From Pecten maximus (lineage: Eukaryota), in contig NC_047032.1 of NCBI RefSeq assembly GCF_902652985.1, positions 13,392,001 to 13,456,000 of the forward strand: a stretch of DNA of 64,000 nt, read 5' to 3'. Shown here in pieces: positions 50,801-60,341 of this stretch; positions within the stretch are counted from its first letter, which is position 1, and the number at the start of each line of letters is the position of its first letter. A program made the position numbers and the translations under genes. Under the pieces are notes generated by a model that was not told where the DNA came from, ran no database searches, and worked only from the letters and a program-made list of their open reading frames with translations.

Positions 50801-53800
50801 CTGGTGTCATTGAGCTGGAAATTTGTGAGAATGTTAAGGAAGGAGGGCAAACAAAGTGTTGTTGTTTTTTTCGGCCTCGTAAAAACTTTGACATGGCAGC
50901 AATGACGGCCATTTCGTAACATGATTGCGCAATCATGGTTTTCATGAACAACACCTATTTCAAACTTCTTCTCAAATTCCACCGGTGGGATTCAGCTCTT
51001 ACTTACCAGATATTATCCTTATATGGTCCAGACCAAGTGTTATTATTTATTGGGTCGGTCAGAAATCCAAGATGGCCACCATGGCCAACAGTGCCACTAT
51101 ATACTTGCTACAGAGAATGCATACTACAATAATATAAGGGTTTTAATTTAGAGTCAGATGACCGTTAAGGCCCCTGGGCCTCTTGTTTGTTTTTGCTATT
51201 AAATTTGTCACGGGGCTTAAGCTTGTAGTGCTACATACAGAGCTTATAAGTCACTATTATCAGTATAGTTAGTTAAAGCTAGCTAGTATCATATGAGGAG
51301 GACTAGTTTACATTTTTATAGGTCTAAATTGGAAAATATTCAAAGCATAGAAAATTTTCTAATCATCGTACTAAAATAAATGCATCATCAATTAAAAGTG
51401 TTAAATACAGTCAAATTTGATTGCGTATATTTCTGTAAGACTATTCTCCAGTTCTTAAAAGTTCTTTCTAAGTTTCAGAAATTTAAACATACAAGAACTA
51501 TATCATCAAATGATCTTTTTGTTTTGAAAAATTAAATTCCTTATGAAAAGAGGTTTGATATATATGCCTGAAATAGAATATGTTTATTATGGAGCCTTAT
51601 TCATCAGCAGGTTTTATAATGGTAAATGTTTTATATGTTACAACTTATTAGCATACATGAATTTTAAAGTTCCATCAACTCTTCTAAAACCTTAAGATAT
51701 TCAAGGTATCAAATACATTTGTACAATTGATATATATTTCATATTTTCATAAGAGAGTTCTGAAATGCCTTACAGATCCCTGTTTGAATTGAATGGATCT
51801 TAATACCAGTATCTGTGTTATATGGCGTACTCAGAAAGGAGTATAGATGTAAAGTACCTTACATGAATGACTACGTCGTATTAAATTTATCAACTTAAGC
51901 AATCCCAATAATTTGATGTGGCATTAGCCTTTAGGCAATTTGTAGCATCATGTAAAGTATTCTTTAATTACAAGTTAAATCAATTTTGTATTACATGAGT
52001 GGGGCAATGATAACTCAGTCCGTTAGAGCCTCTGCCACATAACCTCAGGTGAAGATCCAAGGTTTGTGGTTGGGCGCTCCCTACCCATGTCACTTTGTGT
52101 TTCTCGGGAATTGAAGCTGAGAAACAGGCCGGTCTGTGCTTGTGTTGTTGTGTCCTTGGGCAAGACATTTTACTGTAATTGCTCTGGATGGCATGCAACG
52201 GGCCTTCCGTATGCTGCTTAGTAATACGCACAGTAGTCACCAACTACAACGAGGAGGCCCGCCTCAAAATTAGCCTGGCTGATCACATGATGATAAACCC
52301 AGTAAACAAACAAAACACAAGTGTAAGATTATGTATATCACATAACTTGTATTTATAAGAATATAATGAGAAAAAACCTTCAAATTTATAAATATAAATT
52401 CTATATCATAAGAAAGGAAAATTTTGACTGGGACATAATGTTGTTCTCTGCAGAAACAATCGTGTAACATCACAGATTCGTTGCAACACAAAGCATTATT
52501 TATGATGTAGTGTTTATTACACGTGTCGTACAATATTTATCAGACGGTGAATGACATGGTTGAACAAGCCAGTTATGTGATAAGATGATATTTTTGACAA
52601 GAAAAGAAGGAAGAATGATAAGTTTTTGTGTTTGTGTGTTACAGCTTCATCGGAATCTGACAAGGATGAGGAGAAAGGCGGACAGAATGTGTGGAACAAT
52701 GAAGAAGAAGGTGTAGCCTACAGCTACAGCTTCTTCCACTTCATGTTGTGTCTGGGAGCTCTGTATGTCATGATGACTCTCACCAACTGGTACAGGTAGG
52801 TTGTGGAATCTCAGGAAAGGTCAAACCCAAGGTCAACAGTTCTATAGCAAGTCCCCTTATGGTGTTGTCTGGTGGGACTTAGGTTTTACACTATTTTTTC
52901 ATGTTGTGTCTGGGAGCTCTGTATGTCATGGTGACTCTCACCAACTGGTACAGGTAGGTTAGGAAATCTCAGGAAAGGTCAAACCTCAAAGTCAAACTTC
53001 AAGGTCAAACCTCAAGGTCAAACTTTAAGGTAAAACTTCAAGGTGAAACCTCAAGGTCAAACTTCAAGGTCTAACCTCAAGGTCAAACTTCAAGGTCAAA
53101 CCTCAATGTCATACTTCAAGGTCAAATTTCAATGTCAAATTTAAAGGTCAAATTTCAAGGTCAAACTTAAAGGTCAAACCTTTAAGTAAAACTTTAAGGT
53201 AAAACTTCAAGGTGAAACCTCAAGGTTAAACTTCAAGGTCAAACTTCAAGGTCAACAGTTCTATAATAAGTCGCCTTTTGGTGTTATTGTCAGATGGGAC
53301 TTAAAAGTTTTACACTATTCATTAAGTCAGCCTGTATGTCGCTGTGCTGCATTGTTTCAGCATCTGATAGGTCATTATACCGTTGTCAATTTTTATGAGA
53401 GAACTCTTCAATAGCAAAGGATCACATAATTGATTTGCACATCATTGATTTGGGTTTCATGTCCACCCACCCAAGAAAAATAAGAATTTAAATATTACAT
53501 GGTGAGATTCTCCTGATCGTATTACTCAGGATGAGTTCAGTAAACCAGAATCTACAGGAAGTCAAAGAATCACTCCATTTTGTACAAATCCATTGAAAAA
53601 AAAAATAAGGTGAATACAAAGGAAAAAGATGAAAGTATTTGAAATAAAGAGAAACAAGAAATATCTTTAAAAAAGATAAACGGCATAGTTTTAATGCTGG
53701 TGGTTATTATGTAAAACTGCTGGTGAAATAAATTAGCGAACTAATTAATTTGACCAGTAACGCCACCTTCGCATCATATCCGGGGCCAAAAGAAAATTAT

Positions 53801-54041
53801 ACGGCTATGCCGAAAAATTACAAAAATTGAGATACATCTGGGATATGAGTGTACATATATACGTTTTTGGTGTATTTCTTATTCTTTCTGTTCTTTTTGC
53901 AGCCCAAGTTCTGACTTCAACACACTGAACTACAACATGCCGGCTCTTTGGGTGAAGATCTCCTCTACTTGGGTCTGCTTAGCCCTTTATGTCTGGACGC
54001 TGGTAGCTCCTTTGATCCTCCGCAACCGCGAGTTCAGCTAA
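30863..54041 (+). CDS. SERINC1: Serine incorporator (SERINC1/3-like, TMS1/TDE family), 12 coding exons, about 461 aa
   Basis: Joined exons give hallmark motifs [112 protein letters not shown]. All introns GT-AG with matching phases except one extra base in exon 7. Exact vertebrate paralog not assignable. Confidence 0.96.
31420..32592 (+). mobile_element. Nested cluster: Helentron-type fragment interrupted by a second Helentron-type element (31531-32470), itself interrupted by a hairpin element (about 31678-32072)
   Basis: Outer pieces match 50881-51186; middle has ttagcccac / gtggg ends and gtcc microsatellite; inner has IR agaatacatggtcagtgt..aaaatataagctgtatttt / aaaatacagcttatatttt..acactgaccatgtattct. 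Confidence 0.75.
33837..34001 (+). CDS. SERINC1: SERINC exon 2
   Basis: [55 protein letters not shown]; tttag / gtaaga. Confidence 0.95.
34162..34367 (+). CDS. SERINC1: SERINC exon 3
   Basis: IPGLCK...[41 protein letters not shown]; atag / gttagt. Confidence 0.95.
34531..35582 (+). mobile_element. Helentron-type non-autonomous element (HINE) with internal tandem repeats of about 160-190 bp
   Basis: Subterminal IRs agctcgtctc / gagacgagct, 5' hairpin, ggcgtc microsatellite, 3' hairpin gctgttctccaacagc, T-rich flanks. Confidence 0.8.
35744..36796. mobile_element. Tc1/mariner (Tc2/pogo-like) MITE
   Basis: TA-ccgtattttaacgcaaataagcccc ... ggggcttatttgtggtaaaatacgg-TA; inverted poly-C / poly-G tracts. 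Confidence 0.85.
36923..37002 (+). CDS. SERINC1: SERINC exon 4
   Basis: [26 protein letters not shown]; tttccag / gtaatt. Confidence 0.95.
37878..38015 (+). CDS. SERINC1: SERINC exon 5
   Basis: [46 protein letters not shown]; ttttcag / gtaagt. Confidence 0.96.
38706..38782 (+). CDS. SERINC1: SERINC exon 6
   Basis: [26 protein letters not shown]; ttttcag / gtatgt. Confidence 0.93.
39154..39407. mobile_element. MITE with perfect 16-bp TIRs and 5-bp TSD (hAT-like)
   Basis: cagtgttccagctagg / cctagctggaacactg flanked by aaaat on both sides. Confidence 0.85.
39512..39675 (-). mobile_element. 164-bp TGT...ACA element with 4-bp TSD enclosing a tRNA-Thr(AGT)-like sequence (39551-39623)
   Basis: tatt-tgtgacct ... 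aggttaca-tatt; minus strand TCTCTTTAGCTCGATTGGTTGAGC...CTAGTAA...GGTCCCAGGTTTGATCCCTAGCGGAGGCA; anticodon stem does not pair. Confidence 0.6.
40084..40239 (+). mobile_element. 5'-truncated V-like SINE
   Basis: Near-identical to reverse complement of 2670-2835; 10-bp TSD gtatgtgtgt. Confidence 0.9.
40842..40936 (+). CDS. SERINC1: SERINC exon 7 (contains +1 G at 40899/40900)
   Basis: [19 protein letters not shown] then, one base shifted, [12 protein letters not shown]; tttacag / gtaagt; 95 nt where 94 keeps frame. Confidence 0.92.
40968..42860 (+). repeat. 54-bp minisatellite, about 30+ units, SERINC intron 7
   Basis: Unit gtgaacttaacccctggagtatcagggatgattactgtgatacagagaaggaag; degenerate at both edges, homogeneous core. 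Confidence 0.97.
43013..43099 (+). CDS. SERINC1: SERINC exon 8
   Basis: [28 protein letters not shown]; ttttacag / gtacaa. Confidence 0.95.
43323..43476 (+). CDS. SERINC1: SERINC exon 9
   Basis: [17 protein letters not shown]...[19 protein letters not shown]; atag / gtaagt. Confidence 0.94.
43519..43905 (+). repeat. 22-bp minisatellite, about 17 units, SERINC intron 9
   Basis: Unit gtaatcggacttacccagtaaa. Confidence 0.96.
44076..44705. mobile_element. Hairpin-type element relic with an inserted Harbinger-like MITE (44467-44697)
   Basis: tagaggata start, tgattgg boxes, tttcact repeats; inner TIRs agggttattc / gaataaccct. Confidence 0.5.
44788..44861 (+). CDS. SERINC1: SERINC exon 10
   Basis: [25 protein letters not shown]; ttttag / gtatgt. 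Confidence 0.94.
45912..45926 (+). CDS. Candidate 15-nt SERINC microexon (GESLL)
   Basis: ccctttatccactcttcag / gtaagt; phase 1-1, no stop. Confidence 0.6.
47045..47371 (+). mobile_element. tRNA-derived SINE (CORE-like block)
   Basis: ggggccgcgatagctcagtggg head; gtgtcctagggcatgacactttacc; aaac tail. Confidence 0.8.
48187..48198 (+). CDS. Candidate 12-nt SERINC microexon (A/S-DYQ)
   Basis: ttgcattgtttttttgttattatttacag / AAG-gtgtgt; phase 1-1, no stop. Confidence 0.5.
49348..51186 (+). mobile_element. Helentron-type non-autonomous element (HINE) carrying a 147-bp satellite array
   Basis: Subterminal IRs ggtcatctgac / gtcagatgacc, 5' hairpin ctgacccgaagggtcag, cgtc/gcgcc microsatellite, about 9-10 monomers of 147 bp, 3' hairpin aggcccctgggcct, T-rich target. 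Confidence 0.9.
52001..52320 (+). mobile_element. tRNA-derived SINE (CORE-like block)
   Basis: ggggcaatgataactcagt head, gtgtccttgggcaagacatttt, taattgctctggatggcatg shared with 47045 copy. Confidence 0.78.
52645..52795 (+). CDS. SERINC1: SERINC exon 11
   Basis: [49 protein letters not shown]; ttacag / gtaggt. Confidence 0.96.
52898..53320 (+). repeat. Tandem duplicate of the 3' part of SERINC exon 11 plus donor, with a 13-bp repeat expansion
   Basis: ttcatgttgtgtctgggagctctgtatgtcatg.tgactctcaccaactggtacag-gtaggtt repeated 158 bp downstream; (aaacttcaaggtc)n about 21 units at 52975-53255. Confidence 0.93.
53903..54041 (+). CDS. SERINC1: SERINC exon 12 (terminal)
   Basis: [45 protein letters not shown]; tttttgcag acceptor. 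Confidence 0.96.
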
Positions 54042-55946
54042 GGGACGTAAATGTCAAGCAGAATCAAACAAGGCAGGCTACAAAGTTTTGACAACTGCCA
54101 AGAGACTGTTAATGAACTAGACAGATTGGAGACCTAACCAACTTGATATGTCTGAGACAGGTATCTGTTGGGATGGCATTCAAACTGATGTGATATTCAC
54201 AATTTTTTTTTTGCTTGTGAAGGAGAAACACGACTTATTTGATTGTATATGTCCTATTCTATTGAAGATTCATTAGCTCAACTGCTTGTTAGAATTAAAA
54301 AAAACTTGAATGACTGCGAAGTTCTTGTTGGTCAAAAGGTCTATAAAGGATTAACAAAATCTGAACCCATCTTGGTACAGAGATGAAATTGTCATCGTTT
54401 TATGATAAAGTGCTCAAAGAAAAGTTGCAATGTAGCAAAGAATTTGGTCACTATTATTAAGTTTCTGTCTTGAAAGTCGCACTGCCTGCTTTAAAGTAAT
54501 GTTGTCTGATAACTTAGACAGAATTACCTTGAAAAATATGAATGCCAGTGCAGCATTGTGTGGGGAAAATATTCAGAATGTGTTATCAGAAAAATCAGAA
54601 TTACTGATTATCACGCTGTTTGTGTGAAATTAATATGATGTTTTGAAAAGACAATTCATGCAAGACGGTATTTAGTTGCCATGACCTGCGGTTGAGCTAA
54701 TGAAACATTTTACCTGTACATGTGGAGATTTTGTAGGAACTCACTCTGCTTTATGTTATGTTTAAACAGTTTTGTTATTCTTTTTTTTTCAGCAGGAATT
54801 AGCTATATAATGCAAAGATTGAATTGGTTTTTGTAGGAATTATAATGTCGTTTTATCTTTCTGTAGAATAGCTTCAAGAAAGTATATATTCTCCAAAGAT
54901 ATTGTGTATGAACATATAAACCAGAAAATATAGTTTCTTCTGCATCAGATCATACATTCTAAATATACATTCTTTTGATTTTTATTGTTGATCAGTAATT
55001 CATGACTGATTGCAAAATACATTTCAAAATTATATATCAAAACACTAAATCTGTATTTAATTAATTTTGTGTATTATTTTTCATTTAGAAAGGACCATCA
55101 GTAATCTGAATGTCGTATGTCAAGGAAATTTGAGATCCAGACAAAAATATTTGGACACATGTTTCCATTGTGTTATTTTACTTACCAGTCTGAGAATACA
55201 AACTCCAGATTCGAAAACTATTTATTTTTTATTAGGAAATTTTCTGATTGATCTAAAACATCAGAAATGACCATTTCTAAATGTGGCTTATGTTAATTTA
55301 TGTTAATATCCTGTCTTGTTAATCCCGAATGTTTTTTGTAGCGGATATATGATGTTAATGTTGTAGTATGATGGTTTTTATTCCCACCTAATTAGATAGG
55401 TGTCTGTATCTTACAGACTTTCATATCTTTCCTGTTAAGGTTACCATATACATGTAGTTGCTGACTGATTTCACAATTTGAAATATTAAATAATTAAAGT
55501 AACATTTGTGAGACATACCTCTTTAAAGTTGTCATACCAGTCAAAATTAAACATGAGATGAAGTGACAATGATAAAATAACAACAGTGCAGTAACTTTTT
55601 TTTTACTTTATAAAATCCGAAATTTACATTGATGATTTACTTTCCATTAACTTTCTCTTGAATTGTTATATTTTTAAAATGACAAACTGTCTTTCATTGG
55701 TGTTTTCTATCCTATATATATACTTTTTTCTCGATGAAATAACCATAACATGTTAAATATATAGATATTGCATCATAAAATTTTTAATTTAAAACCATTG
55801 TATAATTAGATTTTATAGGAGATCAAAAAGACAGTGTTTTCTTTTTTAAAAACAGGTAAACCAAAAACTGCTTTTTTCTAGGAATTATTTGTGATATTGT
55901 TATGTGTTGTATTGTAATCTCATTGATGTCATGACAATTATAAATA

Positions 55947-56409
55947 TAGAGGTTACACAAAGAGCGGTTGTTGGATATGGAATTTATTTCTCACGAGTAA
56001 GTTATTTTTTAAAAGTTACAAAAGACACGAGCTTTATGGAGTGTCTTTTGTAACTTTAAAAAAAACAACTTTAATATGACTGTGAAATAAATTCCATATC
56101 CAAAAATCATGAGTCGTGTGACCTGTTTCTACCACAATAATATCGGCTTGAATCAAAGGGAAACGTGGCAAAGTCTTATTTCGCGTATGCAAATAAGGTG
56201 TACAGGTGACGGCAGGGACCCGGTGATGTGACGTCATTTGATTATTGATGATTTCAATAAAAATTGCAGCTCGGGTCAAAGTTCGAATTCTTGACCAATC
56301 AAAAGACGGGATGGTCATATTCCACTAGTGGAATATAACATATATATCCAACAGTCGGCACATTTATACAATGGCTTGAGTGGAATAACACAGCGTATTG
56401 TGGTAGAAA
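55947..56409. mobile_element. Non-autonomous hairpin element (same family as 1926-2310)
   Basis: High identity to 1926-2310; similar spurious ORFs 1968 and 56034. Confidence 0.85.
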
Positions 56410-57489
56410 TGTTTTTACAATATTATCAAGCATTTCTCAGTAGATGTATGTCAGAGTATAGAAATTTTTGCTTTATGGATATTTTTTGTGCTATTTCGTA
56501 CTTTATCATTCTGCTTTACTTGAGCCTGTACATGTAAGGGAAGTGTATATTGCATTGTTGATGAATCAATCTTTCTGTTTTGCAAATACATGTAGTTGAA
56601 AGGTGGAAAATAATATTTTTCTTTACAATGTTGAATTATAATAGTTACAATCACACTAGGTATAAGATGATAACACTTCTCGAATACCTACTCATTTAAA
56701 TCATGCAGTAACCATATTTTCTTTTAATGAATAAGATGAAGTTAACTGGGATGATACTGAATGTGCAAGTACAAGGATATAAAGTCCCTTTATGATTATA
56801 TAGAGAACTGCAATTTTTTTTCAGAGTTTCTGCTGTTGCAGTCATTGTACTCTGTATCGATTTACACTTGATGATTAATATTTGGTAAATTTCAATAGTC
56901 TGTCAAAAATTTTAGACTATTTCACAATGGGAAAATTTATGATTTCTGTTTCATCTGTTAATTTGATTTAGATCTACACGTAGCTTACGGACTCTATAGC
57001 ATAGAATACTTCATGAATGTATAAAAAAAATTATGTTCCTTCATGAAAATACCGGAAAAGGTTTTTATTTCTGGATGAAAACTGTATAAACTTGCTGCTT
57101 GTATACGTCTTCAGTTGTCACTAATAAACAACCACATGGATTAGTTTGTTTTGCTTTTACATTGATATTACACCACCTATGGTGAAGATGGTAGAAATAA
57201 TTTGATTGGTGAATACAATGACATGTGACATTAGCCAGTAAAGGAATGCCATAGTACATGTATATGATGTAAATAAAAACAAAATAAAAACCAAACAGTT
57301 TATTATAGTTATGAAACATTAATTTATTCTTTGGAATTGATAAGGCATGTTTAAAATTATGATAATTAATCTTATTTGTAAATTTATTTGTAGCAAGGAT
57401 ACAGATATAATATATTTTAAGCCCATCATCATCAGATTGTGAACTGTTAAAATTGCCCTTCGGATGTGGTGCGTCCGTAAGCAAACCTT

Positions 57490-58520
57490 GTTATCTCTAT
57501 TTATTGAGATGTACCGGACAGATCTCTCTTGGTCCCTAGTTGTTCATGCTCATTTATAGAACTGATCAGAAAACAAAATGGCTGATGGTACTCTTGGTCT
57601 AGCAGCATTTTGAGACTGACTGGTGGCCGTCTAAGATAATATTCTCGCTATATTTTGAAAATTAATGAAAGTATTTCTTAAACTTCAATAATATGTAGGT
57701 TCCCATTGCCTCTTAGTTATGTCATTAGAGTCTTAAAGGTGATTGGGGAAACCAAATGACAGACAGGCAGTTATTAAGACTTGAAATTCGTTAATTGTTA
57801 ATTTTTGAGAAATATTAGAAAATCAGTTCCCTTTGATAAATTGAAGTTTGTTTTCATTATTTCTCAAAAAAAGGCTGTTTTTGATGGATTCTTCTCATAT
57901 TTTATAGGTTTCTTTCGGTCCCTTTTTGTGCCTGTTCGTAATTGTGTCTTACCAGAAAAACAATCAATGGCAAACATGCAGCTGCCATATTGCATTTTAA
58001 CAGTTGAAATTTGTTACGGCTATTTTCATGAAGTTCTTATATCTTTTTCATGGATTTCATAAATGCATGTAGGTTCCCATTGAAATCAAATCACTGAGAT
58101 GACTGATCGGTCCTGACCTGATGTGTATTGGGATGGCATAGTGGTAACACACTTGCCTCTCTCGGATTTTCCGATTTCTCCCCACAGTAAGACCCATTGC
58201 AGGTTTCAATCCGGGCCAATAAGCAATATTAATATGTGTTGATATAACTTGTTTCACACTTATTGTAGAATTAAGTTAACGTTTTTACACTAAAGGGAGA
58301 AGGGAAAAGTAGAGAAAAGACCAGTCTTGAGCCAATAAAGATCAATTGGTTGTGGGCGCTAAGATCTGTCTCGGTTCTCCTGTTTATATGTGGGTTCCCA
58401 TTTTTTTCAAATAAGAGTGAAAGACCAGAAAAGTAGAGAAACAATATCTTATAATAATTATATAGACCTGATAAAGATTAAATTGATGGTGCCAAGATCC
58501 CTCTGGGATATCCTGTTTGT
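57490..58520 (+). mobile_element. Degenerate Helentron-type element(s), family of 31531-32470
   Basis: Shared gatcagaaaaca, gacaggcag, atgtaggttccc, gaagggaaaagtagagaa, ataaagatca...gtgggcgc.aagatc blocks. Confidence 0.6.
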
Positions 58521-59703
58521 TCAAAACAAACAGTACCTTTATTTCTTAAAATGTATAACTAGAAATAAATTTTCTGACTGCTAAATGGCAATTTGCATGG
58601 TAAAAAAAATCTGTAGAATGCCATTTCTGGTTCTTGTATAATACATTTTATCACTCAGGAGTGCTTGCAAAATACCATTGTACCTCAATTTTCATGAATG
58701 CAAAGCAAAAATGGAAGGAATAAAGTATTATGCCACATAATTTACCAACAATGTTATAGTCATGAAAGAGAACTTCCAAGGAGTCATAGACAAGTCATTT
58801 GATGGATCATTCTGTATGCTTCCATGTTTTACACCATACAGTACACATTACAAAAGACATTTATATGCATACTAAAGTAATCCAATCTCTCATATGACGA
58901 TATGGACGTGAAAACACAATGCACCAGATGTTCAGAACAGGCACCTACCTTCGTTCCGGCCCTGGATTGGTCAACATTCCTTAACTTAACGAAATTCCTT
59001 AAAATAAATTTTCTGTAGGAAGGCATTGCAAAATAAAGGGAAAAAACCCAAAGAAGTATTTCTATTGTACCTTCCTTTGGAGAATATCTAGGGAATTCTT
59101 CAAGTTGATGAAACTGGTCCCTGATCTATACTTCTACACAAGAGGGTAGCAATTTCGGTGTCAAAGGTACATTATAATATCTTACTGGTGTTCCACATCT
59201 CATAGCTAAGATTTGGGTAAAATGTTACGTCACTGAACTAGATTTTAATGTGTATATTTATATATGCTATGTATTTATAGTATAATTAAGGATGTTGTAT
59301 CCTAAGAACATGGTCTTGGAGCCGGTTTTAATTTCCGTCTATAATGGTGGTGACCATGCAGTCTTCTACAGAGTAAAATAGCAAATAGTGACATCGCGTG
59401 ATGCATTGAAATTGGGCTTCGTTCATCAGCAGGCCAGGTTCAGTTACAGAACTGTTTAAGATAAAATATTAACTAATGTTTGGTCATAACACCTTTTCAT
59501 GATCCTATTTTGTGACCTAATTCAGCTTCCGAACTAGCTTTGTCTTGCACTGTTTTATGCATATGAGGGTAACAGGATAGCTGAAGAATAATTATTCCTT
59601 CCTGAGAGTGAGACAGAAGGATCTCGACCCTCGGGGTAGGGTTTAAAGGTGGTAAGAAGCTTCAGTCTAGGGTTGAGATTCCTTCCCCTGTCTCACCCTC
59701 CAA

Positions 59704-59814
59704 GCACAGGGGCTTGGCACGATTTTCTAAATGATGGTCCATATATATATGTATTATAGTATAATACATATATATATGGACCATCATTTGGAAAATCGTG
59801 CCAAGCCCCCGTGC
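59704..59814. repeat. Near-perfect palindrome, 50-bp arms, 1-nt loop
   Basis: Centre at 59759; one mismatch within 59709-59809. Confidence 0.95.
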
Positions 59815-60341
59815 CTCCAAGGGTGTGGAAGGAGATTCTACTAGTCTCATTCCCACTGGAAGAATGATATTATTTCTCCTGCTCTATTAGATGTGTTATT
59901 TGTGCAGTGTTGACGTTATACAATACCAGACATTGTCGACTTGACTTCACATAATTAGAAAAATCGCACACCGTTTCAATCTGATGATGAGATCAGGAAA
60001 ACTCAACCCGGTTTAGGTATGGCTACACCTGCCCAGGTTAAGACAAACTTATTCTAGTCGAGTAATCTAGGACTAAGGTAAAGGGTAAAATTATTTTTAT
60101 CGAAGCCGTTAGCATGCATGCTAACAACGTAGACTTGAGCACATTGTACATGTCATTTACTAGATAACTAGTATCTTGAAAAGCAGACAAAATTTAAATA
60201 TTGGGTCGTTTCGATTTTCTCTAATGATTCTGTTAATTACTTCTTTGATCGCTCTGTGTGAAAATACATGTTTAATGTTGTGAAATAAATTAATCATCTT
60301 CTGTAAGTGTTTGATTGTGAATTGTTTCATTTCGGTAGCTA

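Noticed and set aside
49468-51137. Cluster of 63-98 aa ORFs on both strands
   Set aside because: Translations of the 147-bp satellite inside a Helentron-type element.
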